Source of the DNA: an uncultured Bdellovibrionales bacterium
GTDB lineage: Bacteria; Patescibacteriota; Minisyncoccia; Moranbacterales; UBA1568
Assembly: GCA_964436855.1 (NCBI GenBank)
Contig: CAYTED010000002.1
Coordinates: forward strand, 77,925-141,924
Direction of reading: 5' to 3'
DNA length: 64,000 bases
Below are positions 9,216 through 19,945 of the stretch, one piece after another. The notes under the pieces are model-generated. The model saw only the letters and a program-made list of their open reading frames with translations, did not search any database and was not told the origin of the DNA. The first letter of the stretch is position 1; each line of letters begins with the position of its first letter. The position numbers and the translations under genes were made by a program.

Positions 9216-10733
9216 CTATTCCTTCACCCGCACTGGTGGGAAGATAACGGTTTCACGGACCGATCGGTTCATAAGAATCGCAAAGAGACGCTCACTCATA
9301 CCGAAACCGAAGGCTGGCGGCATGCCATATTCGAGTGCTTCCAAAAAATCCTCATCAAGCATCTGCGCCTCTTTATCCCCTGCTTCGCGAAGCTTCATCT
9401 GCTCTTCAAATCGAGCACGCTGATCAATCGGATCATTGAGTTCTGCAAACCCATTGCCAAGTTCACTCGTACACGCAATCGGTTGCATGCGGAGCACACG
9501 GCGCGGATTCTTGGGATCGCGTTTCGCCAAGGGTGATACTTCGATCGGATGCCCGATAAGGATACACGGCTGAACGAGCTTTTTCCGAACGGTTTTTTTG
9601 TAAATCGTATCAATAAGGCGCCCTTTTCCGGCTGCCGGATCGTACTTTATACCAAGATCGTCGGCTTTCGCGCGAAGCGTCTCGACCGATACTTCATCCG
9701 AGAGATCAATTCCGGTTTCTTTCTCGAATTCGGTAAAGTAGTCGATTCGAGGAAACGGTTTTGACCAATCGATTCCCTCGCCGTCCCATTCCGTCTCGAG
9801 TTTTCCGTCATTGACCGCTCGCACAATCTCGCGATATATCTCCTCAACCAAGGAAACCCCCTCATCAAAGTTCATATAGGCCGCGTAAAATTCCATATGA
9901 TCGAATTCCTGCAAATGCTCTCGGTCGATCCCTTCGTTTCGAAACACACGACCAATCTCAAAGACGCGCTCATACCCGCCAACAAGCAATCGTTTCAGCG
10001 CGAGTTCAAGCGAAATACGAAGAAAGAAATCCTGATTCAGAGCATTATGATGTGTTACAAACGGCTCAGCCTCGGCTCCTCCCGGCGTATGCTCAAGTAC
10101 GGGCGTTTGCACTTCGAGAAATTCTTTCTGCGACAAAATATTTCGTATCGTTTGCCAAAACGCATTTTTCTTTTGAAACAAACTTCTCACTTTCGAATTC
10201 ATTGCAAGGTCAAGATATCGGCGGCGCAACCGCTCTTCCTCATCTTTCAATCCGTAAAATTCCGTCGGCATCGGCAGAAGCGACTTCGAGAGCATTTCCC
10301 AGTGTTCCGCGCGAACACTTTTTTCGTTCTGTTTTGTAAGAAACGGCATCCCGGTTGCCGACACAAAATCTCCGATCTCGACATTTTCTTTAAAAATCGC
10401 AAACGATTCATCGCCCATTCCATCCACTGACACGAAAATCTGCGTCTTTCCAGTTCCGTCTTCAATATGCGCGAATGCAATCTTTCCCATCATCCGAAGC
10501 GATTTGACCCGCCCAACAACCGACACCTTCGTCCCCGATTGGGTAAGCGAATCAAATTGTTCAAGAAATTCTTGATTGGTATGTGTCCGTTCTACGTGAT
10601 CCGGATAGGCCGTCCCAAGCGTCCCTGAAAGTCGCTCTAATTTTTCTCGTTTTGTTTGCAAAATATCTTCACGCATAAAATCGATATCAGAAATGATTTC
10701 CTTTACTGTACCGATTTTCTCCCTTTCAGGCAA
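9216..10733 (-). CDS. lysS: Lysyl-tRNA synthetase, class II
   Basis: N-terminal OB anticodon-binding domain plus class II core (FEIGRVFRNEG, GGxGxGxDR-like C-terminus). 505 aa. Confidence 0.95.
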   Translation of the reverse strand: MPEREKIGTVKEIISDIDFMREDILQTKREKLERLSGTLGTAYPDHVERTHTNQEFLEQFDSLTQSGTKVSVVGRVKSLRMMGKIAFAHIEDGTGKTQIFVSVDGMGDESFAIFKENVEIGDFVSATGMPFLTKQNEKSVRAEHWEMLSKSLLPMPTEFYGLKDEEERLRRRYLDLAMNSKVRSLFQKKNAFWQTIRNILSQKEFLEVQTPVLEHTPGGAEAEPFVTHHNALNQDFFLRISLELALKRLLVGGYERVFEIGRVFRNEGIDREHLQEFDHMEFYAAYMNFDEGVSLVEEIYREIVRAVNDGKLETEWDGEGIDWSKPFPRIDYFTEFEKETGIDLSDEVSVETLRAKADDLGIKYDPAAGKGRLIDTIYKKTVRKKLVQPCILIGHPIEVSPLAKRDPKNPRRVLRMQPIACTSELGNGFAELNDPIDQRARFEEQMKLREAGDKEAQMLDEDFLEALEYGMPPAFGFGMSERLFAILMNRSVRETVIFPPVRVKE

Positions 10734-10764
10734 GAAAAATCCCGGGAGCTACCCGGGATAGTTA

Positions 10765-11220
10765 TTAGGCGACGCTCACAACTTCATATTTCACTTTTCC
10801 CACCGGTGCCTCGACTTCGACCGTTTCGCCCGCTTCACGACCCATAAACGCCCGCCCAAGCGGAGATTCATTCGAAATTTTTCCGTTTGTCGGATCCACT
10901 TCATTTGATCCAACGATCTCAAAGATTTTTTCCTTACCGGCAACCTTTACGGTTAGCTTTGATCCCATTTGCACGCCGGACGACTTCGATTTTGGCGAAG
11001 CGATTACCGACTCCTTGATCATCGCTTCGAGTTCGGCAATACGAGTTTCGTTTTCATGTTGTCTACGTTTCGCTTCACTATACTCCGCATTTTCAGAGAG
11101 ATCTCCTTGCTCCTTGGCTTCCTTGATCGCCGCTGCGATTTCCTGCCGTACTTCACTCTTTCGCCACGCGAGCTCATCTTCGAGTTTCTTGTATCCTTCT
11201 TTCGTGAGAATTCTTGCCAT
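10765..11220 (-). CDS. greA: Transcription elongation factor GreA
   Basis: N-terminal coiled coil with the conserved DLSENAEY acidic tip, plus a C-terminal FKBP-like domain. Confidence 0.9.
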   Translation of the reverse strand: MARILTKEGYKKLEDELAWRKSEVRQEIAAAIKEAKEQGDLSENAEYSEAKRRQHENETRIAELEAMIKESVIASPKSKSSGVQMGSKLTVKVAGKEKIFEIVGSNEVDPTNGKISNESPLGRAFMGREAGETVEVEAPVGKVKYEVVSVA

Positions 11221-11381
11221 TTTTTTGTCTTACGAAATTATATATTCTGTCTTATCACGGTAAAAAGAAAAATCCCCCGCCGCGCGAAGAATATGTTTTT
11301 TACATCCCCACCATAGTATCAAAAAGGATTTGATTGTCAAATACCTATTTTTTTCCCTTTTTTAAGCCAAAATTATATCTC

Positions 11382-13238
11382 TTATTTCTTGTGAAAATAC
11401 CATTCGTAAACTTCTTTCGTTATGGGAACCGCGAGGTATCCATTCTCTCCTTGACCTTCCACAAGCACGATCATCGCGATTTCGGGATTTTCATACGGAG
11501 CAAATGACACAAACCATCCGTGCGTATTTTCTTTATCATTCCGAAACTGTGCGGTTCCGGTTTTTCCCGCCACGGCAACCGAAAGATCGGAAAGTATTGT
11601 CGCGGTTCCATCGGTTATCGTCTCGCGCATTCCCTCACGCACCACCTGCAAGATATGTTGATCTACAAAATTTTTCCGCCGAACAACCGGGTCGATATAC
11701 GATAACGATCCGTCAAGCGATCGGGTTGCACGAGCCACATGCGGTTCATACAGTGTTCCGCCATTTGCTATTGTCGCAATCGAATTGACAATCTGGAGCG
11801 GTGTCGCGGAAAGAAATCCCTGCCCAATCGAAGCGTTATAGTCATCTCCGATATACCACCGCTCGCCAAATCGACGCTTCTTCCATTCCGGATCCGGAAT
11901 AAATCCGGAGGATTCACCGGACAAATCAATACCGGACGCCTCGCCATATCCGAACAAATTTTCATATTTTTTCATTCGATCCATTCCAAGGCCGGAAACA
12001 TCGCCATACCCGCCGCCGACAGAATAAAAATACACGTCGCTTGAAACCGCGATCGCTCTCCGAATATCGGTGAATCCATGCGCCTTCCAATCCCCAAAAA
12101 AGAAATTTCCAATAGTAATCCCCCCGCGACTTTCAATCTGACGATTTTCTGTTACTACCCCTTCCGAAAGAGCGGCAGTGGCAATAACCGGCTTGATTGT
12201 GGATCCGGGCGGGTACTCACCGGAAATCACCCGGTTAAAGAGCGGCTTCGACGGATCTTCAGTCAGCTTTCGATACTCATCATCGGAAATTCCTTTCGAA
12301 AAAAGATTGTTTTCATACGATGGAATATTCACCAGCGCAAGCACCGATCCATCACGAGGGTCAAGTGCAATCGCTGCTCCGCGTTTCAAATCATTCTTTT
12401 CAAGCGTCGCTTGAAGAGAATCATATATTTTTTTCTGTAAATCACCGTCAATATTCAAAAGAAGATCCTTCCCCGGTTTTGGTTCGATCGTTCCGAGTTC
12501 ACGCTGTATTCTACCGATTGAATCAACTTCCGCCCGTAGAAATCCACGCTCGCCCTTCAGCGATGACTCGTACGTTCTCTCGACACCGTCGCGACCGATA
12601 CCATCGGTCGGCAAGTAGCCCTCTTTCGATTCAAATTCGTCTTTGCGAATCCGTCCCTCATATCCGATAATGTGCGAGAAAATAAAACTATCTTCATATT
12701 CGCGAACAATCGACTTCCGTAAATTTGTTCCTGGAATCGGGTCAGGTAATGAAAAAAATCGAATCGACTCGTCCTGGGAAACATTCTCCTTCAAAAGCAC
12801 CCCGTCAAGCGGTCGGGAGTTTTTGGTATCCATGGCATTTCGAATTGTTTCCTCATCAACCGAGAACAAGTTCTTGATCTGAATGATAATTTTTTCTCGT
12901 TCATACGGATCATCCGGTATGTCTTTCGGCAATAACACAAGATCGAGGCTGGGAACATTTCGAGCGAGCCGAATACCGTTTCGATCATAAATAATTCCGC
13001 GCGGAGCCGCTATAGGAAAGAGACGAATCGTATTTCGCTCGGCGGACAGTGTATATTTTTTGCCATCGATGATTGTCATTTGAAACACGCGCGCACCCAA
13101 GAATACAAGAACCGTTACCGCAATAAAAAACCCGAGAAACAGGAGCTTTCGATTGAATGGCCACTCAACCGTTACCGCTCCCTTTTCCGTCATCGAGAGA
13201 ATAGCATCATCAATTTCGGTATTTTCAGTATATCGCAT
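11382..13238 (-). CDS. mrdA: Penicillin-binding protein 2 (class B transpeptidase, elongasome)
   Basis: N-terminal TM and dimerisation domain. Transpeptidase motifs STIKP (SxxK), SSD (SxN) and KTGTA. Confidence 0.9.
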   Translation of the reverse strand: MRYTENTEIDDAILSMTEKGAVTVEWPFNRKLLFLGFFIAVTVLVFLGARVFQMTIIDGKKYTLSAERNTIRLFPIAAPRGIIYDRNGIRLARNVPSLDLVLLPKDIPDDPYEREKIIIQIKNLFSVDEETIRNAMDTKNSRPLDGVLLKENVSQDESIRFFSLPDPIPGTNLRKSIVREYEDSFIFSHIIGYEGRIRKDEFESKEGYLPTDGIGRDGVERTYESSLKGERGFLRAEVDSIGRIQRELGTIEPKPGKDLLLNIDGDLQKKIYDSLQATLEKNDLKRGAAIALDPRDGSVLALVNIPSYENNLFSKGISDDEYRKLTEDPSKPLFNRVISGEYPPGSTIKPVIATAALSEGVVTENRQIESRGGITIGNFFFGDWKAHGFTDIRRAIAVSSDVYFYSVGGGYGDVSGLGMDRMKKYENLFGYGEASGIDLSGESSGFIPDPEWKKRRFGERWYIGDDYNASIGQGFLSATPLQIVNSIATIANGGTLYEPHVARATRSLDGSLSYIDPVVRRKNFVDQHILQVVREGMRETITDGTATILSDLSVAVAGKTGTAQFRNDKENTHGWFVSFAPYENPEIAMIVLVEGQGENGYLAVPITKEVYEWYFHKK

Positions 13239-13250
13239 AGGTTCTTTTTT

Positions 13251-13775
13251 CTAGAGAGACAACGCATTGCCCAATGCTTCCGAGTTTCGTTCCCATCTAA
13301 AAATCGCAAGAAGAAAACAAAAGAAAATTACGGCGCCAAGACACACCGACCAGAGCCATCCTGCGAAAGAAAAAGACGAAAGAGCGCTCAAAAAAGATGT
13401 TCGATCGACAAGCAAAGACACTCCGATCGGATACAGAGACATTCCAATACCCATAACCACGGAGAAAAAAAACCGTCCGCCGAATTGCTCAAAATTCACC
13501 CTTCGGAGCAAAAAACCGCTTCCATACATAAGAAGCAACAAGAAAAACGAATCTCCTCCGATAGATCCGGAAAATATTCCATCGAAAAGAAAAATAAACG
13601 GAAGCGCAACGGGGAGCGTCGGCAAAAATCCCCTCTTGACGGAAAGCGCCAGAAAAAAAGAAAAAAGAAAAAAATGGGTCGTCGGTGCACTTGAAAGAAA
13701 GCTCGAAAACGACCATTCAAGGAGTGCAATAGCGGAAAAAAGAACACCTATTTTTAAAATATCAACCATACTCAA
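13251..13775 (-). CDS. mreD: Rod shape-determining protein MreD (putative)
   Basis: Polytopic membrane protein located between mreC and mrdA. Assignment is positional. Confidence 0.5.
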   Translation of the reverse strand: MSMVDILKIGVLFSAIALLEWSFSSFLSSAPTTHFFLFSFFLALSVKRGFLPTLPVALPFIFLFDGIFSGSIGGDSFFLLLLMYGSGFLLRRVNFEQFGGRFFFSVVMGIGMSLYPIGVSLLVDRTSFLSALSSFSFAGWLWSVCLGAVIFFCFLLAIFRWERNSEALGNALSL

Positions 13776-13783
13776 GGTATTTT

Positions 13784-14602
13784 TTATTGCGAAGCGGTCG
13801 GAATCAACACGGATACGAAACGCAACGACTCATACTCAAGCGGAGGCAGAAGCACGGATTGTAAAAATAATCGATCCGAAGAAAATTCCGGTTCCTGGAC
13901 TGTCCCAACAAGCAGTCCTCCCGGAATATTATCTGCGATATTATCCGTTACCACGAATGCGCCTTTCGAGAGTTCGCCCGTTTGAGAAACCATATCGAGC
14001 AAAATCCCCAATCCATGCTCTCCGCGAATAACCCCTTTTGCCCCAGACCCGGCAACACGTCCCGGGATCGCGCTTTCAGGATGTGTTAAAAGTTTTACGC
14101 GAGAACTCGAAAGATATGCTTCATCGACAAAACCAATCAGCACATCTCCGGGGCCAAGAACGGCAAATCCTTTTTTCACCGAGTCGATCGATCCTCGATC
14201 GATAAAAATCCACTTCCCGCGTTCGGTGGAATCCTTGACAATTACCACGCCACCTTTCCGATCAAATCCTTTTCGATCGGACACTTCCGTCATTTTCCGC
14301 AGAGTGGAATTTTCTTCTTGCAATTCGCGAACCGTCGCCGCATCGACTTGTAGACGAATATTTTCTTCGAAAAGCTCCTGATTCTCGCGTTTCAGATCTC
14401 GGAGCGAAGTGAAAAAAACGCCCTCATCGCGAAGAAAAGATCCAACTGAAGAGAACATTTCCTCAAACGGCGCCAGTGTTGCCTGGAATAAAAAACGAAA
14501 CGGAAGAAAAAATTCTCGTGGAAGAAAAAAATGCAGAAAAAAAATGGCAAGAGATATCAAAAGAAACCATTTGAATTTTGATGATTGTTTCTTGTAAAGC
14601 AT
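13784..14602 (-). CDS. mreC: Rod shape-determining protein MreC
   Basis: N-terminal TM, coiled-coil region (ENQELFEENIRLQ...LQEENSTLRK) and C-terminal beta domain, downstream of mreB. Confidence 0.75.
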   Translation of the reverse strand: MLYKKQSSKFKWFLLISLAIFFLHFFLPREFFLPFRFLFQATLAPFEEMFSSVGSFLRDEGVFFTSLRDLKRENQELFEENIRLQVDAATVRELQEENSTLRKMTEVSDRKGFDRKGGVVIVKDSTERGKWIFIDRGSIDSVKKGFAVLGPGDVLIGFVDEAYLSSSRVKLLTHPESAIPGRVAGSGAKGVIRGEHGLGILLDMVSQTGELSKGAFVVTDNIADNIPGGLLVGTVQEPEFSSDRLFLQSVLLPPLEYESLRFVSVLIPTASQ

Positions 14603-14728
14603 AACTCGTCTTATTCAAGAAGTCGTACCGAAATCTCCCTCAAAAATCGTTTAGACAATTTCTCTGCAATTTCAAGCCTCACCGAAAATACCACACAGAA
14701 CCGCCAGAGATCATCTTTGAGAGAAGTT

Positions 14729-15817
14729 TTAAGAAACCGAAAATGAGTGACGCGCATTTTCCTCGACCAATACCCCATGCAACGTATCCATATCTTCAAG
14801 GACAATACCGGTCCCGCGCACTACCGCTGTCAGTGGATCCTCCATCATTCGCACCGGAATACCGGTTTGATTCGCAATCAATTTATCTAGTCCGCGAATA
14901 AGACTTCCCCCGCCGGCAAGAATAATGCCCCGCTGCATAATATCCGAGATCAGCTCCGGCGGCGTTTCCTCGATAACCGTTTTGATATTATTGATAATGA
15001 CTCGAATCGATCGAGAAAGCGCCTCGCGCGCGTGATCCCCCGTTATCACGACTTCTTTCGGAAGCCCGCTCACAAGATCACGTCCACGAATCGGCACCGA
15101 AAGCGGATCCTTCGGCGGATGCGCGTTCCCGATGGCAATTTTTATCTCTTCCGCCGTTCGTTCGCCAATGAGAATATTAAATTCGTCGCGAGAAAAACGA
15201 ACGATGTCCTCATTCATCGCGTCACCCGCCACGCGAAGACTCCGTGCTATCACCACACCGCCAAGCGATATCACCGCGATTTCCGTCGTCCCGCCGCCGA
15301 TATCAACCACCATATTCCCACCCGCGCTCGTTACCGGCAGACGCGCACCGATTGCCGCCGCCATCGGCTCATCAATCAAAAACGCATCGCGCGCACCCGC
15401 ATTCATCGCTGCCTCGATTACGGCGCGTTTTTCCACTTCAGTAACACCCGATGGAATACCAATCAACACTCGCGGTCGACGCAAGAGAGCGAAACGCGAA
15501 TCATTTATTTTCCCGATAAAATATCGGAGCATTTGTTGCGTCGCTTCGAAATCGGAGACGACGCCATTTACAAGCGGCCTCGTTACAACAATATGTCCCG
15601 GTGTTTTTCCAACCATTTTCTTCGCGTCTTTTCCAATCGCGAGAATTTGACTCGTTCGTTTGTTTACCGCCACCACGGAAGGTTCGTTGATAAGAATACC
15701 GCGCCCGCGAACATAGACAAGTGTGTTTGCCGTTCCCAAATCGATCCCAATATCTTGCGACCAATTTTTCCAGATACTCTCCGGAATTTTTTTCTCAATT
15801 TTTCGCCACAGAGCCAT
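14729..15817 (-). CDS. mreB: Rod shape-determining protein MreB (actin homologue)
   Basis: DIGIDLGTANTLVYV phosphate-1 motif and actin-fold motifs throughout. 362 aa. Confidence 0.95.
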   Translation of the reverse strand: MALWRKIEKKIPESIWKNWSQDIGIDLGTANTLVYVRGRGILINEPSVVAVNKRTSQILAIGKDAKKMVGKTPGHIVVTRPLVNGVVSDFEATQQMLRYFIGKINDSRFALLRRPRVLIGIPSGVTEVEKRAVIEAAMNAGARDAFLIDEPMAAAIGARLPVTSAGGNMVVDIGGGTTEIAVISLGGVVIARSLRVAGDAMNEDIVRFSRDEFNILIGERTAEEIKIAIGNAHPPKDPLSVPIRGRDLVSGLPKEVVITGDHAREALSRSIRVIINNIKTVIEETPPELISDIMQRGIILAGGGSLIRGLDKLIANQTGIPVRMMEDPLTAVVRGTGIVLEDMDTLHGVLVEENARHSFSVS

Positions 15818-15818
15818 A

Positions 15819-15856
15819 TGAAAGAAAAAACGGGATACGCTCTATTGTATCCCGTT
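15819..15856 (-). terminator. Rho-independent terminator after aspS
   Basis: Hairpin aacgggatac...gtatcccgtt (15829..15856), followed on the minus strand by a T-run. Confidence 0.5.
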
Positions 15857-15902
15857 TTGAAAGAAAACTCCAGATCGGTTTTTTCGGCTTTCGCGAAGGC
15901 CT

Positions 15903-17225
15903 TTAGGGCGTCAAACGCTTGACATCGCGAGGGTAGAGAATTGCTTCTTTGATACTCCCAAGGCCGAGAAGTTTCTGGATAATACGTTCCGACCCAAGTC
16001 CCCAACCGCCGTGTGGCGGCGCGCCATACTTGAAAATATCGAGATAATCTTTGAACTGCTCCGGATCAAGGCCATGCTTCTTGATTGCCTCCACAAGTTC
16101 ATCATATTTGTGAATACGCTGTCCGCCTGTCGCAATTTCAAGTCCGCGAAAAATAAGATCGAATGTATCGGTATACTTCGGATTTTCCGCATTGCGCTTG
16201 CTATAGAACGGTCGAGGAGGGATTGTATAATGCGTGAGAAAAACAAAATCCGATCCGTATGCTTTCTTCACATACTCACTGATAAGGCGCTCCCCTTCGC
16301 CATCCATATCACCATCTTCGACTTCCTTTCCATATTCTCGCTTCAAAATTTCAGCTGCCTCGGACAATCGCATTCGCGGAATCGCCACTTTTGAAGGAGG
16401 TGTCGCGCCGTAGAGAGCGAGTTCTTGGCCACACTCTTCTCCAATACGATCAAGCGTCGCAAAAATTATTTTTTCAAGCATTGCCATCACATCTTCGAAA
16501 CTCTCGATAAACGCCATTTCGCCATCGAGACCGACATATTCGTTTACATGTCGCGTCGTAAAATGAGGCTCCGCCCGAAACACCGATCCGATTTCAAACA
16601 CGCGTTCAAATGTCGCTGCTCCAGCTTGTTTATAAAACTGTGGAGACTGTGCGAGGTACGCCTCACGGTCGAAATATTTGATCTTGAAAAAATTCGCTCC
16701 GCCTTCGGTCGATGCTGAAAGAATTTTCGGTGTTTTAATCTCAAGAAAATCTTCTGCGCGACACGCTGTCGCATACCCTTCGAGTAATTTCGAGTACAAC
16801 GTGAAAATTGCTTTTACTTTGTCATTCCGGAGCGCAAGCGTCCGATTATTGAGCAGTGTTTCCAAGTTAAGATCAAGATCCGGATTTGAAACATCGATCG
16901 GCAGATCTTCTTCCGGCTTCGCAATTATGGAAAGATTCAAAACTTCGATCTCAACACCACCCGTCGGATCATCTTCTTTTTTCGCGCTTCCTGGTCGCTC
17001 ATTCACCCTTCCCTCAACGGAAACGATGTACTCACTTCGTACTTCCTTCACCATTTCGGATACTTCGGGGTGACTTGGCAACACCACAAGTTGCGCCGAC
17101 CCGCTCCGATCGCGCAAGACGAAAAACGTGAGTTTCCCGTGGTCTCGTCTTGCGGAAACCCATCCGGACAAATGAACCGTTTCGCCGATATGTTTTGGCG
17201 TTTCAGAAATCAATATTCGCGTCAT
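15903..17225 (-). CDS. aspS: Aspartyl-tRNA synthetase, archaeal/eukaryotic type (probably non-discriminating)
   Basis: Class IIb. FRAEPHFTTRH (TTRH rather than the TSRH of AsnRS), GGQRIH, GAPPHGGWGLGSERI, and a C-terminal YPRDVKRLTP matching the archaeal AspRS ending. 440 aa. Confidence 0.8.
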   Translation of the reverse strand: MTRILISETPKHIGETVHLSGWVSARRDHGKLTFFVLRDRSGSAQLVVLPSHPEVSEMVKEVRSEYIVSVEGRVNERPGSAKKEDDPTGGVEIEVLNLSIIAKPEEDLPIDVSNPDLDLNLETLLNNRTLALRNDKVKAIFTLYSKLLEGYATACRAEDFLEIKTPKILSASTEGGANFFKIKYFDREAYLAQSPQFYKQAGAATFERVFEIGSVFRAEPHFTTRHVNEYVGLDGEMAFIESFEDVMAMLEKIIFATLDRIGEECGQELALYGATPPSKVAIPRMRLSEAAEILKREYGKEVEDGDMDGEGERLISEYVKKAYGSDFVFLTHYTIPPRPFYSKRNAENPKYTDTFDLIFRGLEIATGGQRIHKYDELVEAIKKHGLDPEQFKDYLDIFKYGAPPHGGWGLGSERIIQKLLGLGSIKEAILYPRDVKRLTP

Positions 17226-17335
17226 AAAACAATATTCTTACACAATAACAAAACTATACCAGAAACAAGCCAAAAGACAAGTTTTTCAACAGAAAAACAC
17301 AGGATCTTCCGAATACTCTCTACAAAAATGCATCC

Positions 17336-18157
17336 CTATTTTTCAGCTTCCCGAAACAAAGCATTTACCTCGTAGGCAAGTTCGCTTGGAGTGATTTGCG
17401 TTTTGAGAAACGCTTTTTGTGCGCCGGCATCAGACGCTTCTTTGAATTCCATTTCATCAAGCGATGCCGAAATAAGAAAAATCGGAATATTTTTTGTAAC
17501 ATCGGAACTCTTTAATCGTTCAATGACCTCTTTTCCTAAAAGTCCCGGGATAACCGCGTCGGTAATGATAAGATCGTATATATTTTTCAGCGCCTCTTCC
17601 ACGCCGGCGTAGCCGTTGTCGATCGTTTTTACTTCATATCCCTCATCGGACAGGCGGCGCGAAAACATTTCAGTAAAAACCGCCTCATCTTCAATAATAA
17701 GAATTTTTTTCTTTAATTGGGGTTCCACTGGAGAAGCTTCGGCAGCTTCACCGTTTCGCCGATCATCATTTTTCTTTTGTTCAGAAAATTGCCGAAGATA
17801 TCGATTTACTTCTTCAACCACCTTCGATGGCGTGAAATCCGTTTTTGAGATGAATCCGTTTGCGCCATATTTGACCGCCTTTTCTCGTTCCTCCGAGCCG
17901 CTTAAATTGGAAAAAATCACAACTTTCAAATCCGGCGGATATTTCCCGCTTGTCCGCAGTTCATGAAGGATATCAAACCCCCCCATCTCCGGAAGGACAA
18001 GATCGAGCAAAACAATATCGAATTGCTTTTCCAAAAGCTCGCGAAGCACCTGTTTTCCAGATGTGGCATTGAGCACCTCAAATCCCGATCCCTCGAATTT
18101 CTTCTTGTATATTTCCGCAATAAACGGATCGTCTTCAACCAAAAGGAGTTTCGGCAT
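17336..18157 (-). CDS. Response regulator with two tandem receiver (REC) domains and no output domain
   Basis: REC1 has LLVEDD...D...K. REC2 has ILIIEDE...ITD...K after a linker. No HTH or enzymatic domain. Confidence 0.8.
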   Translation of the reverse strand: MPKLLLVEDDPFIAEIYKKKFEGSGFEVLNATSGKQVLRELLEKQFDIVLLDLVLPEMGGFDILHELRTSGKYPPDLKVVIFSNLSGSEEREKAVKYGANGFISKTDFTPSKVVEEVNRYLRQFSEQKKNDDRRNGEAAEASPVEPQLKKKILIIEDEAVFTEMFSRRLSDEGYEVKTIDNGYAGVEEALKNIYDLIITDAVIPGLLGKEVIERLKSSDVTKNIPIFLISASLDEMEFKEASDAGAQKAFLKTQITPSELAYEVNALFREAEK

Positions 18158-18270
18158 ACCGTAGAGCTTCTTAGTTTTACTTATTTACAAGACAATCATA
18201 TTATACTTTTTTTGAACAACTTTCTCAACTGTCCCCTCCCCTTATGAGCAGAAAAAGAATTCCGAGAGAA

Positions 18271-19935
18271 TCAGCTCCCCGTCCCAATCATTGGTAATTC
18301 CACAATAAATCGCGACCCCTGACCAACACCATCGGATTCCGCCCAGACTTTTCCGTGATGTGCCTCGATAAAACAACGTCCAACATAGAGACCAAGTCCC
18401 GTACCCGATACATTCATTCGCGACGCTTCTTTTCCACCACGGATAAATTTGCTAAAAATCGTCCCCATCGCTTCCGGAGAAATCCCCATTCCGGTATCGG
18501 AAATAATCACGCGAGCGATATTTCCACTGCGCTCAAGCGTAACGTCGATACTCCCTTTCTCGGTATACTTGATCGCATTGTCTATAAGGTTGGAAATCAC
18601 CTCTCGTACTTTTCCGGCATCCATAAAAATCTCGGGGAGTGGCTCTTGTGGAAGATGAAACGAGAGCGAAAGGTTTTTTGCCTGCGACATCACGAGAAAC
18701 ATATCCGAAAGTTCTTTCAAAATATCTTCGATTTTTGCCGGAGCAAAATTATACTGCATCCGACCCGATTCGATGCGAGAAATATTCAACAAATTTTCTA
18801 CGAGCTGCACGATTCGGTCATTCGAAGCGTATACTTTGTTCAATACATCCTGCATTTCCGGAGAGAGCTTTCCATAGGATCCTTCAAGTACAAGTGAAAG
18901 AAAGCCCTTAATAGCCGTGAGCGGCGTTCGAAGCTGATGCGAGGCAATTGAGATGAATTCCGACTTTGTAGTATCAAGCTTCCGCAACTCATCATTCGCC
19001 CGCGCCAACCGATTCGTCATTTCTTGGAGTTCTTGCCTACGAAAAATATCTTTTTTCAAAGATTTTACAAGTATCCAACTAAATGCTGCCACCAAAATAA
19101 AAGAAATCCCTGAAATAATAATGGCCGCAAAATTACGAACGAGAAACACTTGAGCACCCATAAACGCCACCAAAATAACAACCAATGCTTGCACTCCAAA
19201 TAACTCAATATTAAAAGAACGAAACCGAACAATTGAATATGCAAGAATTCCGATAAAAAACGTCATTCCGAAAAGTCCGTAAAATTCAAAACGGTAATCA
19301 TCGAGACTGCTTGCCAAGAACCCAAAGAAAACAAAAGTTGAAAGAAAAAGTTGCACTCCGGCACCAATGAAAAATATCTGTTTTCTTGGAATTAATTCTT
19401 GAGAAGAGCGGCACTTCATCCATAAAAGAATGAAGTTTCCAACAAGATACACAATACTTAGATAATAATAAAAATCAACAAACCATCCCTCAATAGCCTC
19501 GCAATTGGTAATATCAAAATATGCAACATTATATATTGTCGGAGTGAGTAGGGAGATTGGAATAATCGGACCAAACAAAAGCATTTTTTTCCAAGGTGAA
19601 ATATCATTTTCTCCCGGAAAAACCCAAATTAAATAAGACGAAAAAGCAAAAATAAGAACATTAAAAATTCCGAGAAGCGACCATGAAAACATGGTGATCC
19701 TACTGTCATAACTAATCCATATCACAAGATCCAAAAACGTCCAGATTGAAAAAACCAACGAAAGTCCGAAGAGGACCCTTGCGACTAAACTTGCTCTTGT
19801 CCGCCACACAACGAATCCGCTCACAAATAGCGAGAGAATTGCCGTTGGAATATGGGAATAATAAATAAGCCCAAGCGGAGCTTCCTGAATAAGCGAGTAA
19901 CATGTCTCAATTTGGTTAATGAGATTGAATTCCAT
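18271..19935 (-). CDS. Sensor histidine kinase with N-terminal 7-TM sensing domain
   Basis: About seven hydrophobic helices in the first ~290 aa, then coiled coil. HisKA H-box IASHQLRTPLTAIKGF and HATPase_c N/G1/G2 boxes (NLIDNAIKYT, DTGMGI, GTGLGL). Confidence 0.85.
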   Translation of the reverse strand: MEFNLINQIETCYSLIQEAPLGLIYYSHIPTAILSLFVSGFVVWRTRASLVARVLFGLSLVFSIWTFLDLVIWISYDSRITMFSWSLLGIFNVLIFAFSSYLIWVFPGENDISPWKKMLLFGPIIPISLLTPTIYNVAYFDITNCEAIEGWFVDFYYYLSIVYLVGNFILLWMKCRSSQELIPRKQIFFIGAGVQLFLSTFVFFGFLASSLDDYRFEFYGLFGMTFFIGILAYSIVRFRSFNIELFGVQALVVILVAFMGAQVFLVRNFAAIIISGISFILVAAFSWILVKSLKKDIFRRQELQEMTNRLARANDELRKLDTTKSEFISIASHQLRTPLTAIKGFLSLVLEGSYGKLSPEMQDVLNKVYASNDRIVQLVENLLNISRIESGRMQYNFAPAKIEDILKELSDMFLVMSQAKNLSLSFHLPQEPLPEIFMDAGKVREVISNLIDNAIKYTEKGSIDVTLERSGNIARVIISDTGMGISPEAMGTIFSKFIRGGKEASRMNVSGTGLGLYVGRCFIEAHHGKVWAESDGVGQGSRFIVELPMIGTGS

Positions 19936-19945
19936 AGTTTATATC

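Noticed and set aside
15032-15922. 296-aa plus-strand ORF
   Set aside because: It is antisense to mreB, which has an unambiguous actin-fold match.
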